A stretch of DNA of 32,000 bases from Paenibacillus sp. PCH8 (GCF_002968835.1 NZ_PKQK01000008.1:8357-40356); one strand, 5' to 3'; positions 1 through 8,583 are shown, numbered from the stretch's first letter. Made by a program: numbers and translations. Notes: generated by a model from the sequence alone, not told the origin.

Positions 1-2
1 GT

Positions 3-494
3 GCAGACCTCTCGACAATTATTATCGACAACACCAATCCATATCAAACCATCAATTCCGTAAGCCGGGTGCTAATTGAAGATAGCCGCGGAAACGGGAA
101 AGGTTATCAATACAGTATGGATGTAACTGATTTCATTTCAGAACCAATGCAAGATAACTCAACAAACTCACAAAGCCTTGTGGTGAGTATTCCGGCCAAT
201 GCGCTGTCGGTCGAGGTACTAAATACCAAAACCTTAAACGGACCGGCAGCAGAGTTGTCTAACCTTGGAAAACATGTCTTCTCAGGTAGTGGACCAGAAA
301 TGCTGGCCACAGCAAGACAGTTTGAAGGCATGGGATACAACGAAATTCCGCTTAACTTCATGCTAGGTGTTCCAGATCGTGTGAAAATTGTCTCATCCGG
401 ATCTGGAAGCAAGTTCGTTCCAGGACAGTCTACGGGTCTGATGGCGGGGATTTATAAAGCGAAGGTTGTTAGTACATTAACATCAGGTATTTAG
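3..494 (+). CDS. 3' end of a larger ORF cut by the window edge; product unknown
   Basis: Frame 3 is open from base 3 (ADLSTIIIDNTNPYQ...) into the listed 69..494 ORF. A GC-rich hairpin follows. Confidence 0.45.
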   Translation, partial: ADLSTIIIDNTNPYQTINSVSRVLIEDSRGNGKGYQYSMDVTDFISEPMQDNSTNSQSLVVSIPANALSVEVLNTKTLNGPAAELSNLGKHVFSGSGPEMLATARQFEGMGYNEIPLNFMLGVPDRVKIVSSGSGSKFVPGQSTGLMAGIYKAKVVSTLTSGI

Positions 495-504
495 GAACTT
501 TGAG

Positions 505-530
505 GGGGCTTCGCTTTTATGAAGCCCCTT
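505..530 (+). terminator. Hairpin terminator candidate
   Basis: GGGGCTTC (505-512) pairs with GAAGCCCC (521-528) directly after the stop at 494. The T-run is weak. Confidence 0.5.
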
Positions 531-713
531 CCAATTGTTTCATATTGAGGGCAAGTGTAAAGGATATTTACAGTAATGAAGAAAATTGAGATGCTTCTCT
601 TCCTACAACCTATCCACCATCCCCACTACCAAATCGATTTCAAATAATCATATGAATATCCATAAAATAGTGTTAGTATATTAGTATATTAATTAATAAG
701 AAATGGAAAGCGA

Positions 714-1061
714 GTGATTCATTTGCTTAATACATATGAGCAATTGGAAAAATCAATCAGGGCCACAAGCAACGGTATTATTGAGAAATACCAGGATAAC
801 ATGATAGACACGTTTCAATGCATGGAACAATTACATACTTGCTGTACGATGGTCGGGACGCTCATTGATAATGAAAGGAAAAGCGGTTCAGATAAAGAGT
901 TGATTATCCGCTTAATTAAACTCCGTGATGATATATCTCAACCAGTCATGCAGATGGTATACGATCAAATTCAATCACTGAATACAAAGAAAAATAAAGT
1001 TAAAAAAGAAATATATAAATTAGAAGTTAGAAAGAATTTATTAAGTGCTGCAGCTGGCTAA
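714..1061 (+). CDS. Hypothetical helical or coiled-coil protein
   Basis: 115-codon ORF with a GTG start and a weak SD, followed by a terminator. No recognisable motif. Confidence 0.4.
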   Translation: MIHLLNTYEQLEKSIRATSNGIIEKYQDNMIDTFQCMEQLHTCCTMVGTLIDNERKSGSDKELIIRLIKLRDDISQPVMQMVYDQIQSLNTKKNKVKKEIYKLEVRKNLLSAAAG

Positions 1062-1099
1062 TCATCAGTACATAATTAAATAGCTTAGATTAGAAAAGG

Positions 1100-1130
1100 A
1101 GGTTGCTTTATAATTTAGCAACTTCTTTTT
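1100..1130 (+). terminator. Rho-independent terminator
   Basis: AGGTTGCT (1100-1107) pairs with AGCAACTT (1117-1124) with one G-U pair, then CTTTTT. Confidence 0.55.
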
Positions 1131-1392
1131 GAATCTGGAAAATAGCTTTGAGCAGAGCTATTAGATAATTTAATGATTAATTAAATAGAGGAGAGTTTTG
1201 AATGGTAGAAGGTATTCTGTTACCTCTTGCATGGTAGGGTTAATTATTGGCGTTGCTATAGTAGCATCTGGATTAACGAATGGCTCAAACGGGAAAGATA
1301 AGTTTGATTGGTCAGCAACCATCAAGCCTGTTTCTTGGGGACTCTAAATGCTTATTGTGTCAATCTATTGGATAGTTAGTAGGGGATAATAC

Positions 1393-1422
1393 TTAGCACT
1401 TTTATTGTAATTGTGTTATAAT
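1393..1422 (+). promoter_or_regulatory. Sigma-A-type promoter candidate for the Ubl/E2/E1 operon
   Basis: TTAGCA (1393-1398), 18-nt spacer, and an extended -10 TGtTATAAT with TATAAT at 1417-1422. Confidence 0.4.
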
Positions 1423-1513
1423 CAGATCATTATGATTTGAGATTAATTTTCTTTGCCTTTTTTAAAAGACAAAGAGTGGTTCCCGGTGAAAACCGGTTTA
1501 AATTTTGGCAATG

Positions 1514-1577
1514 AAGCCGTGGAGAACAATAGCATGCCTATTTAGGTGTGCTTTTTTTGTTTTCTGCGGCTTTTTTT
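1514..1577 (+). promoter_or_regulatory. Nested hairpins with two T-runs in the operon leader (attenuator or terminator-like)
   Basis: Inner hairpin AGCATGCC...GGTGTGCT (1531-1552) is followed by T7. Outer stem AAGCCG (1514-1519) pairs with CGGCTT (1567-1572) and is followed by T7. The structure lies 20-80 nt upstream of the ATG at 1600. Confidence 0.4.
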
Positions 1578-1599
1578 GCTTCTACTGGAGGATAAATAA

Positions 1600-1932
1600 A
1601 TGACATTTGTAAACTTGTCAAAGTTTAAAGAAAACTTAACTACTCAACAACCGCATAGTTCATACTCCAATGGACTGTTCAAAGTAATTGATGCGGCTAT
1701 GTGCAATGTTGAGAGTAATGAGGTTGATTGGAATTCATTCTCTCTACAGGAGGCTCAGCAAGCTCTTAACGAGGCCTTAGCTTATGTAGCAGATGAAATA
1801 GCTGATGAATATTCAGTACGTCCCAATGAAGGGAATGCTATTCATGTGTACCTACATAACAATGAGTCAATGTACCGGTTAAGAAGAATGAAACCAGTAA
1901 ACCAAGAGACGGAAGATAACGAGTTTTTCTAA
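1600..1932 (+). CDS. Hypothetical protein, first gene of the operon
   Basis: GGAGG SD 9 nt upstream of the ATG; 110 aa; acidic C-terminus; no recognised motif. Confidence 0.55.
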   Translation: MTFVNLSKFKENLTTQQPHSSYSNGLFKVIDAAMCNVESNEVDWNSFSLQEAQQALNEALAYVADEIADEYSVRPNEGNAIHVYLHNNESMYRLRRMKPVNQETEDNEFF

Positions 1933-1964
1933 AGATTTCAAATTAGAGAAAGTTAGGTGAGGGT

Positions 1965-2687
1965 ATGAACCGGGCTTATTTTTGTGATGAACAAGTAGGT
2001 CAGATGCAAGCAACGTATGATGCAATCACAATGGTCAAGATGTTACATGAAGCTGGGATAGATGTCCGTAACAATCCGATTAATTATTATTGTTACGGAT
2101 GGGGTGATCAGGCGGATATCTTCCATGAGGCGATCAAAAGAATGTTGTTTGAAAGCTGCAACCAATCCTACTCGGACAATCTCCAAGGAGAGACTTGGGA
2201 GTATAGCATCGTATTTCCGGAAATTGAAGAAATGATGCTTCTATCCAATAATGACGAGGCAAATGAACTGTTAAAAAAGGTAGATATTCTTTTGCATTAT
2301 GAATGTCCAAATTTTGAAATGGGGATGAGCGGAGTTATAAAGGGAAAGAACATCTACATCAAGATAACAGGAAACTATGGGATATATTCGAATTTCTTAG
2401 GCAGAATTATTGAACTGAGAACTATCGTACTTGGGTTCATTGCACATAAGAAGAAGATGCTCATGCAAAAAATCCAAAATATTTTCATGATAAAAATGTT
2501 GTCTCTTAGTCGGCCAATACCATTAGGTATCTCAATTTGGGCACCTAATTCATTCGTATTCATACAACTTATGAAAACGTGTGGGGTAGATTTCTCCACC
2601 GAGATTGCAGAAAATCTCAGTCTAAAGAAGATGTGTTCTTTGTTAAGGGACGTTATAAAAATTGATGAAAAGGATGAGGTAGCATGA
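1965..2687 (+). CDS. Hypothetical protein, second gene of the operon
   Basis: AGGTGAGGG SD. Its stop overlaps the next start (ATGA at 2684-2687), which suggests translational coupling. It is the only open frame across this stretch. Confidence 0.55.
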   Translation: MNRAYFCDEQVGQMQATYDAITMVKMLHEAGIDVRNNPINYYCYGWGDQADIFHEAIKRMLFESCNQSYSDNLQGETWEYSIVFPEIEEMMLLSNNDEANELLKKVDILLHYECPNFEMGMSGVIKGKNIYIKITGNYGIYSNFLGRIIELRTIVLGFIAHKKKMLMQKIQNIFMIKMLSLSRPIPLGISIWAPNSFVFIQLMKTCGVDFSTEIAENLSLKKMCSLLRDVIKIDEKDEVA

Positions 2688-3415
2688 GTTTAATTCTAAC
2701 GGATAATAAAGCGGGTACTGTTGAGCATTCGCTAAGTATTAGTGAAGAAGGTAATGAATATGTAATCAGGTTGCGAGATCATAGCCTACCCTTGGTAGCT
2801 GAATTTCAGAACGGTATTAAGGTAGGAGAAGGTTTTTATACGAATGAGGATTTAGCTGAAGCATTATTACATGCTCAAAACCTCAGTGTCTTTAAAACAC
2901 CTATCCTGCCACGGGGTTGTATTTCATACCTGGAGAGTACATTTAAAACCTATTGTTTCTTCGAAGTTCCATCACATCGCAGAACTGTGTTTTACCATGA
3001 TGCGGTTATCGATGATGTGCCTTTTCCAAATTTAATTTTTGGTTATGAACTTAGGTCAAGAACAGATAGGTTTGAAATATGTAAGGTATTTGTGGGTGCT
3101 TTAGAGAAGGGCTTAACCAATGAAGAGTCGGAAGTATATTTTTATCCCTATACAAACGTAGATAGAACCTATGAAGTATGTTTAGGGTCATCTCAGTTAC
3201 CCCAAATCACACGCATTTCTCAATTATCGACAGTGCCAGAGGTTTTTTTCAATTCACAGAACTCTGACTGTTACTATGGTCATGCAAATGGTAGTGGGCT
3301 TACCTATAGGGAACTATTAGAGAAAGTCAAAGGCAAAGAATTCCTGGATAATTATCTGAAAACGACTGGCCTGACCCTCGCTGATTGGATAAGTGGACTG
3401 ACTTCTCTATCTTAG
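2684..3415 (+). CDS. E2/UBC-like protein (PRTRC protein B-like)
   Basis: YPYTNVDRTYEVCLGSS resembles the E2 catalytic signature (HPN-like Asn, then Cys about 8 residues later, followed by L/G). The Cys166 codon is at 3179-3181. VPFPNLIFGY and RRTVFYHD resemble segments I recall from PRTRC-B-type prokaryotic E2s. The gene sits immediately upstream of the JAB and E1 genes. Confidence 0.65.
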   Translation: MSLILTDNKAGTVEHSLSISEEGNEYVIRLRDHSLPLVAEFQNGIKVGEGFYTNEDLAEALLHAQNLSVFKTPILPRGCISYLESTFKTYCFFEVPSHRRTVFYHDAVIDDVPFPNLIFGYELRSRTDRFEICKVFVGALEKGLTNEESEVYFYPYTNVDRTYEVCLGSSQLPQITRISQLSTVPEVFFNSQNSDCYYGHANGSGLTYRELLEKVKGKEFLDNYLKTTGLTLADWISGLTSLS

Positions 3416-3462
3416 GCCAAATACAACTCAAATAAATTAGAAATAAGCTGGAGGTAATAGAT

Positions 3463-4758
3463 ATGTCTAACGAATTATTTGGTGGTTCTGATCTCTTTTC
3501 ATACTTTGGGGGAGGTTTCGTAGAGCCAACGAAAGTTGATAAGGAAGAAACACTAAAATCAGTGGGTAATACGATCGACATCACTAAACGCATTCAATCC
3601 AGAAGTAAATCCGACAAATCAATTGATGGACCTGGTGTAGACACATGTGAGGGCTCAACTCAGGATGAAATTAATGCTCTATCGGATGAAACACCTATAA
3701 GTGAGTCATCAGCCGATACTGCAGAACTAGGAGTAAAAAAAGATTCGTCCAAAAATGCAGATAGCAAAGATAAAAAGCCCGTCTTTACTAACACAACATA
3801 TATTTGCTACGCCGGTACGTCCAAGCTTTTAACTAAATATTTTGATATTGAAAAGATAGGGCTACTCAGTTTAGAGGATGTTCGCAAACAGTTAGAAAAA
3901 GACTTTCCTGAGATGTCAAAACAAAGAACGTTCATGAGTTTTGACGAGAAGAAGAATATAATAGTACCGGCCATCACAGGTGGGAAGAAGGGGGCTTTGC
4001 CCGTTTACTTCAACGATTCGAGAGCATACTTCTACTCTGCGAGCCAGCTCGTCGAGCATAAAGATAAGTATTCAATCTGTTACCTGGCTGCCAAAAACGG
4101 TTACTATGAGATCCGTGAGAATGGGATCGGGGTTTTTATCTCCAAATGCAACAAGGAAGAGTTAGAAGGATGGAGCAATGCTGATGAATTTTTTGCACAG
4201 CAGCCCAGGGCCCAAGAACTTGATTCTTGTCGCACCGGCTTTAAATCCAAGTTGCCGAAAATCCCTGAATCATTGGTACACCAACTAATATCATTTTTTA
4301 TGGACTATTCTGATAATGATGTAGAAGTGATGGGTGTATTCTACTGGGATACCAAGCAAGGTGTTTATCTATTGGATGTTCCTAATCAAAGTGTGTCGAA
4401 GACTTCAATCGATCAGCATTATACGAGTATGCCATATTGGATTATTAAAGTTTGTGAGATACATTCTCATAATAAAATGGAAGCATATTTCAGTTCTGTA
4501 GATAACGAAGATGAACTAGGCACCCATCTATATGGTGTAATAGGAAACTTAAAACATGCAAAAGGACTCATTCGGTTTGATATTCAAACACGAGCTGGTA
4601 TGGCAGGGAAATTTATTTCCTTGCTTCCTTCAGCACTTCTAGAGGGAGACTATGATAATCAAGAAGATTCATGGAACCTCATTAAAAAAGTGCAGTACCC
4701 TGCAGCCTGGCATGATCGTGTCTTGCTTGATCAGGTGGAGGTGGTTAACCATGATTAA
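3463..4758 (+). CDS. Fusion protein: disordered N-terminus, ubiquitin-like beta-grasp ending in an internal Gly-Gly, linker domain, then JAB/JAMM metalloprotease (PRTRC C + A-like)
   Basis: Complete JAMM motif EIHSHNKMEAYFSSVD (HxHx7Sx2D, nt 4462-4503) with an upstream Glu in DVEVMG. Residues about 106-174 (TYICYAG...LSLEDVRKQLEKDFPEM...NIIVPAITGG) have Ubl/ThiS-like length and pattern and end in GG (nt 3979-3984). GGAGGT SD. Confidence 0.75.
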   Translation: MSNELFGGSDLFSYFGGGFVEPTKVDKEETLKSVGNTIDITKRIQSRSKSDKSIDGPGVDTCEGSTQDEINALSDETPISESSADTAELGVKKDSSKNADSKDKKPVFTNTTYICYAGTSKLLTKYFDIEKIGLLSLEDVRKQLEKDFPEMSKQRTFMSFDEKKNIIVPAITGGKKGALPVYFNDSRAYFYSASQLVEHKDKYSICYLAAKNGYYEIRENGIGVFISKCNKEELEGWSNADEFFAQQPRAQELDSCRTGFKSKLPKIPESLVHQLISFFMDYSDNDVEVMGVFYWDTKQGVYLLDVPNQSVSKTSIDQHYTSMPYWIIKVCEIHSHNKMEAYFSSVDNEDELGTHLYGVIGNLKHAKGLIRFDIQTRAGMAGKFISLLPSALLEGDYDNQEDSWNLIKKVQYPAAWHDRVLLDQVEVVNHD

Positions 4759-5611
4759 TCTACTTGATTATCACGCTAAGAATGATGATTCAGAGGTTCG
4801 CCAATCACGGATACAGAGTATGTACTACTACATTGTAATTATTGGGGCCGGCGGTACCGGTGGCTATGCAGTTCAACGAATTACCAAAATGTTAAGTGCA
4901 TTTGCATCCGTAGATTCATTTCTTATGATTGCTGATCCGGATATGGTAGAGGAAAAGAATTTGCTACGACAGCCTTTCGTTAACCAGGATATAGGCGGAA
5001 AAAAGGCAAGTGTTCTTACCCAACGCTATGGTAGAACATACGGACTGAAAATCGGTTCTTATGTTGATAAATATGTGGAATCGGTTGAACAACTAGATCA
5101 GTTATTTTCATTAACTGATTTTCGTCACAAGACCGGGCAACACATTCAGAAGGTGTTAATCGGGGCAGTTGATAATGACTTTACGCGAAATGTAATGCAT
5201 GAGTACTTTATGCAGACTGATGACCTGATTTATATTGACGCAGGTATCGAAGGGGTCTTTTTACCATCAGGTGATAAACCAAAGAGTGAGTGGGGAGAAG
5301 AAGAAATAACAGATCATATGGAAAGCGGATATTCCGGGCAAGTGGTAGTGGGTCTGAGGAAAAATGGAACAGAAATCCTTGAACCACTTAATAGAATTTA
5401 CCCGATCGATGCAACGGATCTTATTGCGCCTTCACATAATTGTGGTCTGGAACCTTATCAACCTCAACGTATGATCGCAAATGAGATGGCAGCATTCCAT
5501 ATCTCAACGATTTTAAATGAGCTGTTGAGTACAAATACAATCATCGTACACTATGCAAACTTCAATGCTAGGACTGGCAGTTGCCGGCCACAGTACGTGC
5601 AAGAAGTATAG
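4751..5611 (+). CDS. ThiF/MoeB/E1-like adenylyltransferase
   Basis: Rossmann motif IIGAGGTGG and the DPDMVEEKNLLRQ motif (D.D.V...NL.RQ) typical of E1/ThiF. GGAGGTG SD 8 nt before the ATG at 4751. The start overlaps the upstream stop region. Confidence 0.85.
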   Translation: MINLLDYHAKNDDSEVRQSRIQSMYYYIVIIGAGGTGGYAVQRITKMLSAFASVDSFLMIADPDMVEEKNLLRQPFVNQDIGGKKASVLTQRYGRTYGLKIGSYVDKYVESVEQLDQLFSLTDFRHKTGQHIQKVLIGAVDNDFTRNVMHEYFMQTDDLIYIDAGIEGVFLPSGDKPKSEWGEEEITDHMESGYSGQVVVGLRKNGTEILEPLNRIYPIDATDLIAPSHNCGLEPYQPQRMIANEMAAFHISTILNELLSTNTIIVHYANFNARTGSCRPQYVQEV

Positions 5612-5617
5612 AACAGA

Positions 5618-5656
5618 AACCCCTGAATTTCTCATTTTGAGAGATCAGGGGTTTTT
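5618..5656 (+). terminator. Rho-independent terminator of the operon
   Basis: AAACCCCTGA (5618-5626 region) pairs with TCAGGGGTTT (5645-5654), followed by TTTTT. Confidence 0.8.
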
Positions 5657-5695
5657 GTGAACAATAAAAAATGATGGAAATAATATAAAAATTTA

Positions 5696-5860
5696 TTATT
5701 TCTTCATGCGGTTCTTTTGTTTGGGGTTCGCTTTTTTCTTGTTGTCAGACTTTTCTGACCATTTGGATACAATAGATCTAATTAACTCTTGTGCCACCGC
5801 TTCTAAACAATGATCTCCAAATTGGTTCAGCAATTCCTTTAGGATCTCGCACCAGTCCAT
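5696..5860 (-). CDS. Small hypothetical protein (54 aa) with a basic C-terminus
   Basis: AAAGGAG SD 8 nt upstream of the ATG at 5860 (MDWCEILKELL...). I shortened the listed 80-aa ORF to this start. Confidence 0.4.
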   Translation of the reverse strand: MDWCEILKELLNQFGDHCLEAVAQELIRSIVSKWSEKSDNKKKANPKQKNRMKK

Positions 5861-6007
5861 ATGTAACACTCCTTTCATATAAATGAAATTTTTCAGTATT
5901 TCTGAACAGCAGGTGTAATTGCCCAAACCGTAATTCAAATGATTGCTGTACGACCGGAAGATAGATTTCTAGTAACAAGTCAGTTTGAGAATGCCAATTC
6001 ACCCATG

Positions 6008-6180
6008 TACATAGTTCATCTCCGTAGTTAGTTGACCGAATGAGAATCAACACTGAATATTGATATAGACAGTTTTTAGTACTAAAAAAAAATCTTCAGA
6101 ACAAGTCCCTTCGAGAAATGCAAACTCATGCATTTACATAGTTCATCTCAATAGTTAGTTGACCGAATTGAAATGAACAC
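6008..6180. repeat. Two 46-nt imperfect direct repeats (6008-6053 and 6135-6180), 127-bp period
   Basis: TACATAGTTCATCTC..TAGTTAGTTGACCGAAT.....AACAC, 40/46 identical. On the minus strand both copies read as a gene start (MLILIRSTNYGDEL versus VFISIRSTNY*). Confidence 0.7.
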
Positions 6181-6815
6181 CAGCATTTTTGGTGGTCGAC
6201 CTCCTCAGGAAGTTCCTCCATGTCACTCCTTCAGCGATTTGCAAAGCAATGTAAATTGCGTAAATGTGTTTCAGGGTCTTGCCTTCCAAATCAAAAATGG
6301 TTAAATTCGCGGTTTCAAAGCTCAAATATCGATATTAGAAAACATTTGTGACCAAACAACAAAAAAAGACCACTTCTAAATTGAAGTAGCCTTTCTCTAT
6401 TATTCTGTTTTCTCCAACAGGGTTTTTCTGTTGATTCGAAGTATTGGATAACAAAACGTTGTATAATTAGGATTGTGATTCTGAGAACATCGGACTAGGA
6501 GAAATCGTTGGCCAACTGAATTTTGGACTGTTAGATTAACATTGAATTAGTTAATTTTTTTTGTCGATAAGAGATTAAGTGTGCATGAGCTATGTGATCT
6601 GTAGCTTACCGATTTGACCATTAGTGACGGCAATAGCGTATATTCGAGGAAAGGCGACAAAGATAGGAGCTTCCGATGAGTTTCGAACTCCGAATTGCTC
6701 TTCAGGCGTACCAGGACATCCGGGACGATGATCTATAGGACACCGAGTTTTGAGGATCTGGAGGGTGAGGTAGAGTCAATCAGCTGGACTTAAAAAATTG
6801 AAGGAGGAAATATAG

Positions 6816-7199
6816 ATGATATTTGAAGTGAACGTTGACAATGAGCAATGGAACGGAGAGGTGAAAAGTTCCAAGAATTATGGAAGTCATTATGAGCTCC
6901 GACTGAGCGCAAGAGGATCGGGAATTACTGTGTTCTTCGGACATGCTTCTTATGGCCAATGGTTTGTTGCAGTTCCAGATTGGGAGGCTTCGGTGGTTGT
7001 TGGTAACCTACAAGATACGTACTATACAGCAGAAAAACTTGGCCGAGCAATGGAAAGTGAAATAGATGGTTGGTCTGTTGCTGCGGCAATAACTGCATAT
7101 GCTAATCAAGAAGGAATTAATGAAGTAGACGGACAGCAAGAAGTTTTGGATGAATTGGAAGCTGCAGGGTACGTTATTGTTGATCCAGAAGAAAAATAG
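6816..7199 (+). CDS. Hypothetical protein
   Basis: Strong GAAGGAGGAAA SD; 127 aa; no recognised motif. Confidence 0.6.
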   Translation: MIFEVNVDNEQWNGEVKSSKNYGSHYELRLSARGSGITVFFGHASYGQWFVAVPDWEASVVVGNLQDTYYTAEKLGRAMESEIDGWSVAAAITAYANQEGINEVDGQQEVLDELEAAGYVIVDPEEK

Positions 7200-7213
7200 A
7201 ATAGGTAGGATTG

Positions 7214-7254
7214 TACTCCACAGGTGTTGGTAAACTTCATGAATCTGTGGAGTA
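7214..7254 (+). other. Perfect 10-bp stem hairpin
   Basis: TACTCCACAG (7214-7223) pairs with CTGTGGAGTA (7245-7254) around a 21-nt loop. There is no T-run. Confidence 0.3.
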
Positions 7255-7295
7255 GATCAGCTTGACTTAAATGTTTTATGAATCTGGAGGATATT

Positions 7296-8024
7296 ATGAG
7301 CGAGATTTATTTTAACTATGATAGGTACTTTGAAGAAATTCTGGTTCGCCTTACTCATTATGATAGACTTGTAGATTTTGTTACAGATGAAGATGCCATA
7401 AGAGCAAATATTGAAAAAAACAAATGGTTGATGTTTTTCACAGGAAATGTAGAGCAAGAGATAAATAATCGAAAAAATGAATACACAAACACTTTAATTC
7501 TTTTTGGAAATCAAATGGTTGTATATTATTGCACGCTTATTGAATCTATGGTTGAGAATTTCTTCTTCACTATCTTTGCAAGTAAACCAGAAAGATTAAA
7601 CGAATTCTTTTCTTCCAAAGGCGAATTGAAAGATAATTTAGGTTTCTCTTTAAAGAAATTTTTGGAATCAGAATCCAAAGACGCATACGTTAATGATCTT
7701 TCAATAAAGGGAGCTAATCTATGTTTAGAAGGAGGTCCAAATAAATTTATTAAAAGAATTAAAGAACTAACAGGTTTCCAGATCTCGCAGGAAGTAAAGG
7801 AGATTCTGGATGACTTATATTATAAGCGTAACAGAATTATTCATAATAACGAGAAATTTGAAATTAGTACTGAAGACTTATATAAATATAGAGATGTGTT
7901 ATTTGAAATACTAGGTAAATTCCACGAGCAACTCACAAAATTAGGAGCTGAAATAAAAGATGATTATATAAAACCCTTTAGAGTTGAAGCTGTCAATACA
8001 GTAGGCAACAGCCACGCCCATTGA
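7296..8024 (+). CDS. HEPN-domain protein (RiboL-PSP/Abi-like)
   Basis: GGAGG SD before the ATG at 7296. C-terminal YYKRNRIIHNNE contains the HEPN Rx4H motif (RNRIIH, nt 7827-7844). AT-rich gene. Confidence 0.55.
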   Translation: MSEIYFNYDRYFEEILVRLTHYDRLVDFVTDEDAIRANIEKNKWLMFFTGNVEQEINNRKNEYTNTLILFGNQMVVYYCTLIESMVENFFFTIFASKPERLNEFFSSKGELKDNLGFSLKKFLESESKDAYVNDLSIKGANLCLEGGPNKFIKRIKELTGFQISQEVKEILDDLYYKRNRIIHNNEKFEISTEDLYKYRDVLFEILGKFHEQLTKLGAEIKDDYIKPFRVEAVNTVGNSHAH

Positions 8025-8076
8025 AGATTTTAAATATAATACGCCAGATGCGTCTATGGTTGAGGGGGAAGTAAGA

Positions 8077-8583
8077 ATGTTTTATGAAAATAGTATTAAA
8101 ATTTCATCTCAGGATGATATCACTCAGGAATCATTGATCAATAATGAGTATTACGTATTTAGTACTAGTATTAATTGTCTTGATAAAAAATCAAGCATTC
8201 AAAGTAGAGATAATAATATATACATTGTGGCAGTGGCTTACAGTAATGATAAAGGAGAAAAATATATTAATTGGTTTATTGCAAGAGAATCGAATATTAC
8301 TGTAATTGATGATGATGATGAGTATACAGAAAAAAAGGAAGTTGAACTAGATCTTTTAGGGATAGAAAATTTGAAAATTAGTGAACCAACAAAACCCAGA
8401 CATCAAATCAAGTTTTGTAAGGGGGTTACGGATACCATTAATGATAGTTATAGACATAGTCGTGGTTTTGGAATAATTGAAATACTAAGAGAAACACACC
8501 CTTATAATTTTACTTTTTATATTCCAGAACATATCAAAGATGCAAGTTACATCCACTTTAAGCAAAATAAGCGGATTATATAA
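8077..8583 (+). CDS. Hypothetical protein
   Basis: GAGGGGGAAG SD before the ATG at 8077; 168 aa; poly-Asp patch; no recognised motif. Confidence 0.5.
   Translation: MFYENSIKISSQDDITQESLINNEYYVFSTSINCLDKKSSIQSRDNNIYIVAVAYSNDKGEKYINWFIARESNITVIDDDDEYTEKKEVELDLLGIENLKISEPTKPRHQIKFCKGVTDTINDSYRHSRGFGIIEILRETHPYNFTFYIPEHIKDASYIHFKQNKRII

Noticed and set aside
1198-1347. Small membrane-protein ORF: a perfect SD with the ATG at 1202 gives only 10 codons, but a -1 shift would yield about 49 aa with a TM helix
   Set aside because: No long homopolymer lies at the required shift point (only GG/GGG). It is too speculative to call.
107-4165. ORFs nested or antisense within larger genes (107..412-, 2375..2599-, 3327..3593-, 3980..4165+)
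   Set aside because: They lie entirely inside better-supported genes. They have no SDs and odd amino-acid composition.
4652-4750. Upstream 33-codon extension of the E1/ThiF ORF as listed in the ORF track
   Set aside because: It overlaps the end of the JAB gene in another frame. A GGAGGTG SD precedes the internal ATG at 4751, which gives the normal distance to the GxGxxG motif.
5778-6053. 91-aa minus-strand ORF overlapping the 54-aa gene
   Set aside because: It has no SD and overlaps a better-supported small gene. Its start lies in one copy of a degenerate duplicated segment. Joining it to the 54-aa ORF would need a base removed, which is opposite to the window-wide pattern.
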